A model generated the notes under the pieces. That model was not told where the DNA came from. It searched no databases and worked only from the letters and a program-made list of their open reading frames with translations. DNA of 60,924 nucleotides, the filler included, from Sphacelaria rigidula (taxonomy: Eukaryota): NCBI GenBank assembly GCA_964200075.2. It is 7 parts of 7 records of this genome, joined end to end, with 100 filler letters (N's around TTAATTAATTAA, not from the genome) between each part and the next. Parts side by side here need not be neighbours in the genome. Positions count along the whole stretch, not along the records: positions 43,592 to 52,208 come from CAXNAA020010593.1; positions 52,309 to 60,924 come from CAXNAA020010594.1; 5 more parts are not named here. The stretch is one strand, 5' to 3'. Position numbers and translations under genes: made by a program. This document shows, piece after piece, positions 47,683 to 60,500 of this stretch. The number at the start of each line of letters is the position of its first letter. Position 1 is the first letter of the stretch.

Positions 47683-47808
47683 CTGGGTCATGGATCTGGA
47701 TCGAGCGGAAGACTCGTTCCGAAGCGAGTGGAACTCTTGCGCAAGGTTCGCGTCGTGGGCACTGCAACAGGCACCGAGCATACTGCGGCGGTGACGAGCG
47801 CAGGAGAG
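47683..47808 (+). CDS. RCC1-repeat protein, exon B
   Basis: GTAG|CTG…GAG|GTGAGT; LGHGSGSSGRLVPKRVELLRKVRVVGTATGTEHTAAVTSAGE. Confidence 0.9.
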
Positions 47809-48414
47809 GTGAGTTGCCAAAGTCCTGGTGCTTCCATCTATCGATCTATCTCATCGTGCTTCCCCCCGCCCCCCCCCTTTTTTTCCTTTAGCATATAGCT
47901 TTGCAAGTCTCGTAAAAGAACGTCAGCGTTGCATTTTTTTACTCATTTGTCGAGTTCCTCATAGCTTGCACTGTTGTAGCTTGTCGAGGCGTGGTTGCAA
48001 ACTACCACTTGTCGTTTCATGGGTGTACACTATGTGCCCCCCCCCCCCCAAGATAGCTCACCCTTCATGCAATTCGCCGAACACATTACGGGGCTTCGCG
48101 ATTGGTGTTTGATTGATGCGAGCCTGGTTCGACGAAAAATCAATGTGCTCCATCCCGGCTTTGTAGGGATGCGAGGTCAATGATCATATGATTACGGCAT
48201 GCAAAATCATAGTATCCCCCCCCCCCCCTGCCCCCCCTACCCTCACCGCCTCAAAGAGATTCACCCGCTCTTTGGTCGCTCACGGTGCCGTTTCAAAACT
48301 ACTGTTCCGAGATGAGACTTGCAGTCAAAGGGTTGAGATGACGCTGCCTATAGTGCATGTTTTCAGTTGGTGATCCTTTCGTAGCTAAACGCCAGGCCCT
48401 ACAATGTTGCGTAG

Positions 48415-48546
48415 GTGTACACCTGGGGACGAAATAACCATGGCCAGCTGGGATTCGACGGTCTCAGTCAAACGAACGTTCCGCGGGCGGTGTCGTTCGG
48501 TGGTGCTTCCCGAGGTGGCGGCGGGATTAAGCGTCACGTACTCAAG
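48415..48546 (+). CDS. RCC1-repeat protein, exon C
   Basis: GTAG|GTG…AAG|GTACGT; VYTWGRNNHGQLGFDG…HVLK. Confidence 0.9.
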
Positions 48547-48719
48547 GTACGTGATTCTCGTCGAGATTCGGGCGCTTCGGGGGTTATTGGGCCTACGTCC
48601 CTGCGCCGATAAAGCAATAAAAAAAGCACGGATATGTATTACTTTGCGAGTTGTTTTTTCATTTGTGGCAAGGCTTTTGATGCAAATTGCGTCTTGATAC
48701 CGTCAGTTGCTACGTACTC

Positions 48720-48861
48720 CACACCCTCGACAATAAATAAATAACATAGTTCAAAAGTGTACTGCGTACAGTATCGACTGTTGCGTCTATTGCAGTAAAC
48801 AAAACAGCATATACTGTACGCAGTACACTTTCGGACACTGTAATCTATTGTCCAGGGTGTG
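48720..48861. mobile_element. CACACCCT…AGGGTGTG MITE (copy 3, intronic)
   Basis: Same termini and interior as 17044-17170; TSD decayed. Confidence 0.75.
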
Positions 48862-49252
48862 AAATATTCACCAGCACCAGCCCCAGTACATGCCAAGAGT
48901 TCAAGGGTTGGACGAATGATGATTCATGTGGAAAATTAATCGCGTTACGTGTTATTGAGTCGTACCCCACGAATCGACCCCTTGTGTTGTTTTTCAGGGT
49001 TGTCACCCAGGTTGCGAACCGCAGGCAACGCACGTGGAATAACGCAAAATTTTGCGTGAAGGCGTTTTCGATCCGCGGTTAACGTCTTTGCCTCTTCTCT
49101 TGAGAGCAATCAATCCAAGGCCTCAGAAATCGTAGATTTAGTGAATCGAACAACCGTCGATGATTTATCCGACCCTTGTAAAAGCCCCTCGTTTTCGTCT
49201 TTGTTGTGGCCATTTTTGTTTGTTCGTTGCTCGTTGCGTGATATTTTCCTAG

Positions 49253-49529
49253 GTGTCAGCGTCGGCTCGAAGCACCGTGGTGATCACGCGGGGGCTGGAC
49301 CGAGGATCTGGCCTCACATGCGTGAACGAAGTTTATCAGTGGGGGCAAGGAACGGCTCAACCCAGTCGAGTGAATTTTAATAATCCGAACGGGGGAGGAT
49401 CTCCTTCCCGTTGGCAAACACACGACGCCAGGGTTAACGTGGTACAGGTGGCTGCAGCAAAAAACCACAGTGTTGCACTGTCATCTGTGGGCCAGGTGTT
49501 CACGTGGGGGTTCGGAGCCGACAATCTTG
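49253..49529 (+). CDS. RCC1-repeat protein, exon D
   Basis: CTAG|GTG…CTTG|GTGAGA (phase 1); …VVQVAAAKNHSVALSSVGQVFTWGFGADNL. Confidence 0.9.
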
Positions 49530-50061
49530 GTGAGAAAGAGAGAGGGGACTTGTTTTTGCGTCTTGAGTCTCAGATTCACAAACGTTGATTTTTCTTTTTT
49601 CCCTCCCCTTGAAGGAAAGAGGAAACCTGATCCAACGCTTATCCCGTAAGGGGGTTCGTGTGCTGATTCCTCGAAGACTCGGCTAGACTGCCTCATGGCA
49701 ATTGTGTTGGGGTGGGCGCCTCGAGCGTTCACAAGCTTTGCTCAAGGCAGTGTGGGGGAGGTCCGGCCCATTTAAATCCCCTGTCAAACTTGACGCAGTG
49801 AATGCGCCGCTCTATTTTTATGAGCTCTCGACCCTAGGCTGCGATGGATCCACACGTCGGACATACCACTGATCCGTCTGAAAATTACTGCCTCTCAGCG
49901 TACTGATCCGGATCTTGATATCTCCGACCCCTTTTTCTCACGTGTTCACCCCACACAGCGCCGGACGCCGAGCACACCGAGTAGCGCAAAGGTTGCGCTT
50001 CTGCTTTTCTGACTCTACTGTGTTGTCGTTGTGTGTTGTCCCATCTATTCTGGACGACGGT

Positions 50062-50378
50062 CTATATCTTTCGGTATATGTGGGCGCGCACCAGCCCGGG
50101 TCACACAGGAGGAAGGTCAACACTGGAGTTTTTTTTTTTCTGTTTTTAATACCCCACCTTCCTTCTGCGGTGCTTGCCTTTTTATTTTTTATCGCGAGAG
50201 GGGTTCAGCAGTCCCTTTCTCTCATCGACCGTGAAGTCGAATTTTGTGTACCCACGACATCGTAGTCGCTCTCCACTATTGGGCATGGTGTGAGAAAAAA
50301 TCCCAGGTGGTTCCCAGATTTGAACCCAGGACCCAACCGTCAGAAGGTTTCGAGGTAACCAACTGAGCCACCGGGGCG
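50062..50378 (-). mobile_element. tRNA-derived SINE (intronic, antisense)
   Basis: Minus strand reads CGCCCCGGTGGCTCAGTTGG (A box) … GGGTTCAAATC (B box), followed by ~250 bp of non-tRNA body. The 3' boundary is approximate. Confidence 0.7.
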
Positions 50379-50582
50379 ACTGTCTGTCACATATTTTGCG
50401 TTTTGTGACCGATCAATCCGAGAGTCTTCTTTCATTGGTTGGTTGGTAATTTCAGGCGGATCATGATATTTCCGACGTGTGGATGGATCGACGTTGATGA
50501 TGATGTACGTGGACAGAGTGGCTCTCAATGTAACGCCTCGCCTTCGATGTATTTGGCGCCGCTGATGCCTGCCTTTTTTCAG

Positions 50583-50818
50583 GACTAGATCCTCGAGAGA
50601 CACGAACTGCGCGCGGACCGAAACTGGTGCCAGCAATGCTTCCGGAAAACTGCGGAGGAAATGCTGTTCATGTCTCCGCCTCCGACCGGCATTCGTGCGT
50701 GGTGACGGACACGGGCGATCTGTACACTTGGGGAACCGCCGGGGAAGGGGTCGGGGCTCTGGGTCATGGAGATCGTAGCTGGCAGCCTGTGGCGAAGAGA
50801 GTCGCTAGCCTGAAGAAG
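50583..50818 (+). CDS. RCC1-repeat protein, exon E
   Basis: TTTCAG|GA…AAG|GTGCCC; …HVSASDRHSCVVTDTGDLYTWGTAGEGVGALGHG…LKK. Confidence 0.9.
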
Positions 50819-50930
50819 GTGCCCCGCCGAGATTGTTCGAACTGACGGCAAGGTCTGAATGACGCCTTTTACCCTCGCTTTAACTCTGCCGAGTTTGCGT
50901 CATGTTTTCCCCCGCTTCCACTTGTACCAG

Positions 50931-51428
50931 GTGGCGCTAGTTGCTGCTGCTCCAGATCATACCCTGGTTCTCCTCCAGGCGTCCTGCCCATCGCTCCCAC
51001 ACGCGGACTCGCTAGCCTTGGAGGATCAGGTGTCCGACAAGCATACCGGTAGCGTTAGCTGGAACAGTTCCGGAACACTCGTGGTCGATGACAGCAGCGA
51101 AGACGGAGAGGAGGGGGATTCTGATGTAGAGAGTGTTGATGTTGGGGACGAAAGGAGTTGTTTAGCTGAGGGCGAAGATGCCGCCGCCGGGACGTGGTTC
51201 AGCTCTGGCTTGTCGGAACCGTTGTCCCTCAAGCAGCAGTGCGAGGTTGTGCTGGCACGCCAGGTGGACATGAGGAATGTGTGCAGCATGCTTGCTTTCG
51301 CCGACACGTTGGATGCTCCTTCGCTCGTCAAGTACTGCGCGGAGTATGTTGGCAACAATCTGGATGGTATATTGGTGTTGGGGCGCCCGAGCGACCGAGA
51401 GTGCTTGCTGGAGGCATCCGGTCCACTG
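50931..51428 (+). CDS. RCC1-repeat protein, exon F (end of RCC1, acidic linker, BACK-like helical region)
   Basis: ACCAG|GTG…CTG|GTGAGT. LSLKQQCEVVLARQVDMRNVCSMLAFADTLDAPSLVKYCAEYVGNNLD is the post-BTB/BACK-type signature of IBTK-like proteins. Confidence 0.88.
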
Positions 51429-52038
51429 GTGAGTGCTAGGCGCGCGCTCGCGTGGCGGAGTGGGAGGGAGGGGCATGACGAGAGGGATGTTTGGATTCCC
51501 ATTGAAGGCCAAACCAAGCGCCAAACCTGGGATGAGCCGAGTACCGATATGAGCTGGTTTACGGCGCTTTTTGCCACTGCTACGTATTATGGCGCACCGT
51601 GTTTGACCGAAGAGAAGATGAAGCTCAGGAGACCTGACGATGAGCTAGTCACAAATCTCATTTTAGTTCACTTGAGGGTGGGTGTGCGGCGGCACATATG
51701 TAAGCCCGGCTTGTCTCCAGTCCTTCATATTGAGTCACATGATGTCTGCCTGCAAATCGAGCAGATGATGAATCCCGTAGAGAAAGTTTGGTCAGATTCT
51801 GTTGTTGTGGTCAAGTGTGAGCGTCCTCCGGCATAGGATTTACAACCAACGGCGCCGTGATGAATGTGTTTGTAGCGTCCAGTGACCACTATTCTGAAAA
51901 ACGGAAACCGTCCCCGTGTGTTGGCCGACCGGACTCTTTGGCCGCTCGGTGAATCCCTTTTACCCCCCAAGTACATTCTTGTTCATGCTTCCGTTGTTGC
52001 TCACTTCCTCGTTTCTTGCCCGTTCGGTCGGCCTGCAG

Positions 52039-52137
52039 GCGTGTGCGGCGCTGGGAAAAAGTGCGAAGCGGACGCGGAGAGCTTCGTCTGTAGTAGAGCC
52101 TGCTGCCAACGCCGACCTGATCCCTGATGAAGAAGAG
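52039..52137 (+). CDS. RCC1-repeat protein, exon G (gene runs off the contig)
   Basis: CTGCAG|GCG…GAG|GTGCGG, 99 nt, phase 0-0. Confidence 0.65.
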
Positions 52138-52208
52138 GTGCGGGTGCTATAGTAGTCAGCGTCAGAAGTTTTCAGAATTCGTAGTTGTCCTTTCTTCTGA
52201 GTTTTTCT

Positions 52209-52308
52209 NNNNNNNNNNNNNNNNNNNNNNNNNNNNNNNNNNNNNNNNNNNNTTAATTAATTAANNNNNNNNNNNNNNNNNNNNNNNNNNNNNNNNNNNN
52301 NNNNNNNN
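52209..52308. other. Artificial contig-joining linker
   Basis: N44-TTAATTAATTAA-N44. Confidence 0.98.
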
Positions 52309-54536
52309 GTATCTTCCCTGCAATGGAGGAATGGGACTTCAACCTCATATTTTGTTTCAACCCCAAAAATTAGGATCGGCTGTTATATGGCGGTTCGATC
52401 CGTCGCCATGCGATGCCGCGCGACCATGAAAGATGATCAAGTTTCTATTTACCAACAAGAAATACCTCATACCTAACCACGGCAGTGTGTATCTAGATCC
52501 CTGTGCCCAACTCGTGCTCCTTGCTACAGACAGTGTATAGGGTTGTGCGGTATAGCTGGGAACAAAAGTGTCATTGTTATGGGTGACTTGCATGGATCTC
52601 GGGTCATCGTCTATACTATATTATATCATATACAAGTACTTGGAAGTACAAAATCGCTGGGGTCCCAAAAGTCAAACTCCACAGGTAATTTACACCCGCG
52701 AGAGCACTTTTCCTCCCGAGTTGCTAACAGGCAAACATTTCAAAATTACGAAATAAGGGTGCTCAAGTTTTCGTTTCTGAAGTTATATTGCTTGATATAT
52801 TCATTAGAAACCCAAATATCATGTCCACGTTAACGGCAAGTTAGAGAGGGTTCAAAGCTCAGTGCGTTCTTCTCTCGGCAACTAACGTCTTACCCACCCC
52901 TGTCAGAAATGAACTGTGGTTTCGCCACTACTGCGCCCGTGCTGCAAGGTGAACGGCACGACCCATTTTCGGGTGGGGTAAACAAATAAGAGCGTATAGG
53001 TCGCGAACGCCTCCAGAACTAATTCCACGACACACCCAGTTTCAAATGCTCTTGAACGCACGACACAACAGGCGTACGCCGCAGTGGTAGCGCACAACAG
53101 GGCTGTAACACCGATCATATTCCTCTGGTTGTGGGGCAGGATGCTGTAAACGTAGGCGGCGATGATTTATTTGCTACAGACTACCGGGAATCGTGGAATC
53201 AATCGTTTTTTCTCGGGGCACTTCTTCAGGGCTATTTCTTGGAAGCAAAAAAATATGTTGATGGTTGATAGTTGCTGCGGCATGGGCAACATGAAATCAG
53301 CTGGGTGTTTGAGTGTAATCCTGTCATGAGAGTGTGCGTTGCGTAATGACAACCGTTCACACCCGCCAGCCCATGCGCAGGAACACGGTGTATCCGGGCA
53401 GATAACGACATTTGGATGCTCTGAGTACTCTACACGGTCGTATACCCGCAAGTAGGGAAACTTGTGAAATCACACCATCATCGTACTACAGGTACCGTTG
53501 CCTGCTGTTTGCTGTGCGGACTGTACCCTATGTACAGCGAACAACAGGCAACAGCAGTACAGGGATACAGCTGTACAGGGGCTATGGTGCTCTGAACTGT
53601 TGGCATGTGACGCGATACAGGACCACTCCCGCTACTCGTGCTGCCACGTGGATAGCCTGCACAGTACACAGACACAGTGTACAGACAGCGTGGTGTCTTG
53701 TACAACAGCAGTCCAACAACAGTATGATATGGAGATATTCTCGATAGCAAGGAGCTGATGCATACTGTATACAGTCCGTGTGTTGTCAGCGCATCCATAC
53801 AATCAAGCATGCGCGGTGCTTGGCTGACCAAGAACACAAGACGACTGTTTTCTCGTCAATATCGAGCAGGAAGCTCATCGCCGCAGGCGTGTGTTTTTCT
53901 GCCCTACGACAAGATGCTTTCCTTACTGCCCTACTGTGGACAGCTGTATTTCACCTGACCGTTCTTTCGTGTGTGCAGCATTTCGAATTGAAATTGGGTT
54001 TATCGTGGGTTGGTTTCGGAGGCGTTTGCGACCTGTACGCTGTTATGTGCATGCTCCACTTGCAAATAGGTCGTTCTACAATAGGTCGAGCATATTGTAT
54101 GTGCGCAAAATCATACCCTACAACCAAATCCCCGCGAGAAACACTGCACAGTTTTCCTGAAATCCTGTGAAGCATTCTGTGTGGGGCAAAAAAACACCCT
54201 ACAGTCAAATCCCTGCGAGAAACACTGTGCTTAGAGGACCGCATCGGAATTTGAATATCCCTATTGTTAGGGTTAGGGTTAGGGTTAGTGTCGGGGTCAT
54301 GATCAAGGGCGTAGTACCTGCAGGGATTGGCCCGGTTGGTTTTGAAAGACGTCGATCCTGAGGTGTTTTGCACTTCGGCGCGGTCCTCTAAGCACGCGGT
54401 CCTCTCACGCATTACACACTGCACAGTTCCCCTGAATCCTGTAGACGTGCCCCACAGGGTGCAATTTGTCGACGTGTGTCGTCCTGCGGCGTAAATACAA
54501 ACCCTCCGAGTAGGTAATCTGTTGAATCGGCATCAG

Positions 54537-54622
54537 CCTTAGACCGCGAGGGTAGTCCATCCGGATCATGCACACTCTTTCCGAATGAAAATTATGTCGG
54601 TTCAAAAGATTACCTCAGACCG
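54537..54622 (+). mobile_element. piggyBac-type micro-MITE, third copy, apparently truncated next to the LINE fragment
   Basis: CCTTAGACCGCGAGGGTAGTCCATCCGGATCATGCA matches 40876 and 42601. The right TIR is incomplete. Confidence 0.7.
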
Positions 54623-54629
54623 CGCGGTG

Positions 54630-55900
54630 CGGTGGTGCTCTGGGCTATGCTATACGCCGACGACGCTGTCATCGCTTCGCGGTCGCGGGTAAGCCTGGCA
54701 AAAATGATGGCCATCGTCGAAGGATGTCCAACATTCGGTCTCGTCTCCGCGGAAAAGAAGACGGATACGATCTACGTGGAGGCAGCGGGCCAAATATACA
54801 GAAGAGTTGAGTCGTTTCTGTACCTCGGCGGAACAATCAGCGGCATCGGTGATGTCACTCCCGAGATTCACAGCCGCATTGGCGAGGCCTGCCCGTGCTT
54901 CTACAGCAGAGCGGTATACGACAACCCATACATCGCCCTCACCACCACGGTTGGTGTCCTCAAGACTGAAGTGATCGAGGTAGTGCTGTGCCGCTGCGTG
55001 ACCTGGACGATCGCACACGAAACGCTGGCGCGTTACGGGAGGCCCATCGAGAGCACCCGCTGAGGTGCCTTTATAAGCATACCTCAAGCCGCAGGGCTCC
55101 TGACTACCCCAGGCTGCCATACCACGAGGTCCTCGAACGAACCGGCTGCGACTGTATTGAGGCCACAGTGATGAAGCGAAACCTCCTACACGCCGACCGT
55201 GTTATACGCATACACGATGAATGCCTCCCCAACATCCCAAACATCATCATGCGTGTAGACATGGTTGAGGGGAACACGACGGCAGGCCGACCAGCAACGC
55301 GCCTAAAACACTGTATCGCGGACTACTGCTCGTACTTCGGAATACAGGCGACATCGTAGACGCAGGTTGCCCAAGATGTGTCCGAATGGCTCCGAGCTGT
55401 AGGGGAGGGGGCTAAAATGTACATGGCAGCCTGGACGAAAGCACGCAACGCTAAGGAACATTTTGCTGTGCGACCACTGAAGCTCTCCCAGTGCTTACCG
55501 AGGACTTCCGAAACGTAACCAGTAGTCCATCGGGTAGTACACTCACTAGAACATCTGTGGTCACGGGTGGCCACTGGGGTGCCTGTAACCTGGAATTCGG
55601 ACATGACAGACCGTGCACCGCGTCTGTAACGTCCGAATTTGAGGTAACAGGCACTCAAGTGGCCACCCTTGGTCCTTCCGAAAAGCTGTGGTGGTGGTCG
55701 TTTTGAGTTGCCCCCCGCTCGGTGGCCTTGTGAATCCTCTTGCGTCATCTGTATGCTCTTGTCTTTTTTTTTCTTTATATTTCCTGTCGGTGTACGTTCC
55801 TTAGTAGGTCTGTTTTTTTCTTTTCACCCCGCGTTGAACTCGGAGAGGCTCCTTCTCATGTTTTCCCTCGCGTATTTCTTATCTTCATTTTGGTAATATT
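54630..55900 (+). mobile_element. 5'-truncated, decayed non-LTR retrotransposon (RTE-like LINE): RT C-terminal part plus 3' UTR
   Basis: LWAMLYADDA (RT catalytic YADD), FGL…KKT, VESFLYLGG, then frameshifted downstream motifs (…AGRPATRLKHC…). The 3' end is approximate. Confidence 0.88.
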
Positions 55901-57334
55901 CCAGTGAACTGATTTTGCTCTTGTAATCAGGCAGGAGTCTCAAACGAAATGATGAAGGACTCCATCTTTTGTAAGGAATAGCAGGGATGGTATTGTAAAC
56001 AAGAGCCTACGTCTGTGACCACGGGTTCGAGTAATCGGACTCATGTGCGGAAATAGTCATCATAATACTCTGCGCAGTGATTACATGTCAGGGAAAGCTA
56101 GTACAGCAAAATATTCCGTGGATATTGCCACTTGATAAAATGACTCTTGGAAGAGTGCCAACACCTCCTGAATTACTCTTGGCGTGCGCAGAACGCGTTT
56201 CGGTCAAAATTGGCGCCGACGTGAAGTCTGACGACACCGTACTTTGCTCAAGGAACACTCTGCATTCCCAACGAAGGCATACCGAGACCCGTCAGGCAAG
56301 GTGGGTGTCGTCCATGGCTGGCACTTCACCCTCGACACTACACCGTGAACAGCCTGGGAGCCATCCCGCGTCAACACCAATGAAATAGGCGAGGACATCA
56401 CGACTTTGCGCGACTCAGCATGAAACCAACAAGTACCAAGCAAACGAAAAAATATCGAACCAGCAAGAGCAACCCCGGTGTTTCACTCGACACCCTTCGC
56501 GACAAAGAGAAGTGCTACATTTGGCACGAGACGGTGCGAGCTGCGAGGAGTCGGTGGGCATGGCCTGCGGTGCGAACAGTCGATGGGAACTTCCAGTCTA
56601 TTTGATTGTCGACCTGTCGTGTTGTACTGTTGTAGTGTATTTCTCCTCACACCAATCGTTTATCTGGGCTCACTGCTTGGGAAGAAAATGAGATATTAGT
56701 GGACTGTGTTCTGAGATCTGAGGCAGGCAAAATCCCAAGGGTGTGTTGGGTAGGATATTTCCGATAGTTGAGTATTTAGAAAAGTGAAACGTACAGCGCC
56801 GTGTACATCGCTTTCTCCACTTGCTGGATTGAGTCGTGTTGAGCAAGATGGCATCCGGTGGCAAGAGTTGGGGCGCTATTGTATTTCAGTGCTCGTCAGT
56901 GTTTGCAAAGAAAGTTGTGTTTTGACTGCCGTACTGCACTGTACTTCACGTACGACGGTCCATAGCTGGACAGCGTAGGCTCTCGAAGATAAGGTCTACG
57001 AAGCACCATCTCCGTGAGAATATGGTGCTGAGGTGATATGTAAGATGTATATAACACCGAGAGGGAGAGTCACCGCGTCAGACAGAGTATATATTGTGGA
57101 AATTGATCCGAAAACGATCAGTTTGAAATTGGATATAGTATGGATTCGAGCTTCAACGTGATAGTGATTTTAGTATGGGGCGGGGAGATATTTACGCTAT
57201 TCATATTACTGATGATTGAACAACACCACTTGCGAAATACCCACTGTACTGCAAGGTTACATGGCATAACAAGCATTATCAAATAGCTTCTGCTGCAGAA
57301 ATCCTTTACTATACGGGTTTTTTCGTCCGCTACG

Positions 57335-57590
57335 CTCGCGTTGGGGCCGTGCGATGGCTTGAAGGATGACTACGGACTGAGCGGGTGTATTAAAGATATT
57401 GCTGAGCCCATACGGAGCTTATGGGATGAACGCAGAAAATATTTGCAAACATCTCTGTCGCTTGCGTAATCTTTCGGCAACTTGTAGCAAGCGCGTGTTC
57501 TCGTCCGCTCCGCAGCCGTTTGCGCCGTGCGATGGCTTGAACGATGGCTACAGACTGTGCGAGTATATTTCAGGTGTTGCTGAGTCCATA
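57335..57590 (+). repeat. Two copies of a dispersed repeat also found at ~44985-45085
   Basis: CCGTGCGATGGCTTGAAnGATGRCTAC at ~45031, ~57347 and ~57525. Confidence 0.75.
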
Positions 57591-60500
57591 TTGCGCTCTC
57601 GGGGCGAACGCTGACAGTTCTTCAAATTGACCGACATGGATGTAACCAAGTTCATGGACGTACATGGATTCATCACGAGTCTTTTCAAAATTTCCGACCT
57701 ACTCATTTTGTCCCTTGTGCGACGTTTCGAAAAGACGGGGGTTACGAAGTAAGTCTGATGCACATCGTGGGCCATACCCTTCTAGTACTCCGTGCATGTG
57801 CACCTCCTCACCTGCATTTCCGTGTTCCGTCATTTCCTTCGAATGAATCTGGGTGACAAGTGCTCTTTTAACACCAGCCTTATCCCCAATTAGCGCAACA
57901 GCGGTGTTCGGCTATTGCGACTTGGCAGCGTAACATCAGTCAGGGTTAGCATCCTTCTGTGGCTAACTGTTAATGTGCCACCACCAGTAAAGCAGTACAC
58001 ATCCGTATGACTCGAAGGACCTCGGAGTTAGCTTCTTGCTACTTGAGAGAATTTCAGAACAATCACCAAGGGAGGGCGTTCAGTCTGCATCCACTAAATA
58101 GCTCGACACCATAGCATCTAGAGTGAAAAAGGGGGTGAAAACCATTCGAAGAGCTTACGGCGGACTCGAAATGGCACCTGCCAAAAGCGGGAGAGTAAAC
58201 CCCCAGGCACGAGAAGAAGTCCCCTATGAAGACGTTTTCCTGCATCCCCACGAGGCCCGTAGCAGGCGACGCGCTCAGGTGGCACCTGGACGCGAAGTAT
58301 GCAATGGGAGAGGCGTTAAGGTATCCTGGAAACCTACTACCGCGGCGGTGAGGGCTGGGATATCTCAACGGGATATGCAATGAAAAAACATAGTCTTGCG
58401 GAAAACATCCACCGTCGTCAAGAGTACTGCTTATACCTCGGACGCGCACCGGATATTATCGGCTTCTCGTCGCGATACCGTACCACGCACTGCCAAGTCT
58501 AGGTCCTACGGCACTAGCAGAGAAAATATCGGAAGAAACCTCGAGGGGATCAAAGCACACCTTTTCAGAGTTTGTACCCTCGGCGAAGCTCGCACAGCAT
58601 CCGCTTCCGGAACGGTCATGCGCGTTTCTGGATTCGATGACGAAGCGTGCGCCGCAGCCCGCGGCGGGCGACCTCGCCTCACGGTGGGTTTCCTTGGGAG
58701 ATACACACAAGTATCCTCCTTTCCTGTCGCTATGCATCGACTTCATTGCCGTTGTCAGCGCGGGTTGATCCAGCAAGAAAGCGGGGATGGCGATGCGGGT
58801 TGGTTATTGACAACGGAGCTTGCGCGGCGACCATGTTGCAGACACGCTCTTCTTCTTCACTTGATGCTTTGTACTTGTTCATGTATTTATTTCGGCCGAA
58901 ACGGATACTTACCAGTTCTAGGGACGAGTCCGTTTTCTCAAACAATTGAACCACCCCCCTCCCGATACATACTCAACGGCTTGGGGTACCAAACATGGGG
59001 CTAGCACTTTCGTGCCGCGTCAACATTCTCAAGTGTTCTTCAGTACTCACGTCCTCGCACCTCAACGACAGAAATCAGTCCCTGGAAAAACACGGTATTT
59101 ATCGGCCGTCGAATTCCTGACTTTGCGCCAAAAGGGCTGTGTGACAGTCATCAGACCGAGGCGGGGCGCGGGGACATCCTTACATCTTGAGCACATTCTT
59201 ATCATGGGAACAGCAACAGGGGAATTGTAAAAAACATGACAGGTAAGCCTTTTCAATCGAAAACATGCGGTCTGAAGGCTTGCTGCACCTGTCCCCGTAT
59301 ACTCGTGTGTTCAGACGACGCCAAAACTGTCTGGTCTCTGCTGGGATCATCTGAGCTGCTGTATTGCTCTTATCTTACGAACAACTGCTGTCGGCACGCA
59401 CGTGCTGTCTTGTTGAAGTTTGAAATGCTTTTCAGTGTGTGTTTGTTTTATGTTTCACAACGAACAAGGCCCTGGGTGCGCAGAGCTAGCATTCCTGTCC
59501 CGTAGCTGACAGGTAGTGCGGTGCCCTGCAGATACGGTTTGATCTGCACCGAGGACTGCCTGAACTGCTGCAGTACCGCAGTTGTTATCTCCCGATCAGT
59601 ACACAGGTCTAGACACTACCGAAAGCACCACCATATCATGGTGTGTTGGATGCGTTGTGTCGTTTGTGAAATGAACAACGTATTTCTTGCCCACATCTAT
59701 CATGTCCACGCTGTTGTTGTCATTGAACGTACTGTAGTGCGCTTGAATCCTACGCAAACGGTGTGATGTATGAACAGCGTGGAATCGAATGTGAGGTTCA
59801 TCATTTGGGAGAGGTTGAACTCGCCATCGGAATTTCATTTGTTTCGTCCAATAGGCTAGGGATACGCGAGCAGTTCTGGCGACGTAACCCTAGCCCAGAA
59901 CTTTCTGCACGGCAGCCCAAGTACGATGAGCAGAGTCAAAGAGAAACCAACGTCATGGTGCGGAATGTTTTCGACAGGACGTGCCTCTAAGTACCACAGA
60001 ACACGTAACAGGCCGATGTCCCCGTCGCGCAACTGCCGCTGCTGACGCAAGTAGGGTGCTGGCTGTTTGCGTGCATGCGTATTTTCGAAGTCAAGAGCAG
60101 GAAAAATGTAGCAGCGAGATACTCGCCTGCGGCGCAGACAAGAGCGTGAGCTACCGCACCTATGTAACGTTTACTAAGTTCCTGGCAGCCCCGGGGGGAA
60201 ATACAGTCAGCTGGATGAAACAAAAGAAAACAAAACTAGAGAGACACAACGACATGGTGGAAACTCACACGCTTGGGGTTCTTTTGACAATAGCGCCAAT
60301 GAGAGGCGCTTCATCCAGTCTGAACCAGCTATCACGCCTTGTATCACTTTTTTCCTGGCGGGGTTGGGAACTGGTTTTGGGGTGGGCTGCATCGCTGCAT
60401 TGTGCAAGGTGGTTGCGACCCGTTTGTTTATTTACAACCCGAAGATGAGGTACCAAAAAGCTCAGCACATACAGCCACCCCCCGTCATTTTCGTACCTTG

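Noticed and set aside
50310..50378. Functional tRNA gene
   Set aside because: A and B boxes are present, but acceptor and anticodon stems do not close; better explained as a SINE head.
8620..52308. Regularly spaced TTAATTAATTAA palindromes as a biological periodic element
   Set aside because: Each is embedded in exactly 44+44 Ns; this is a synthetic six-frame-stop linker.
58060..59004. ORFs of 86-202 aa as a gene
   Set aside because: No domain signature or consistent exon structure found.
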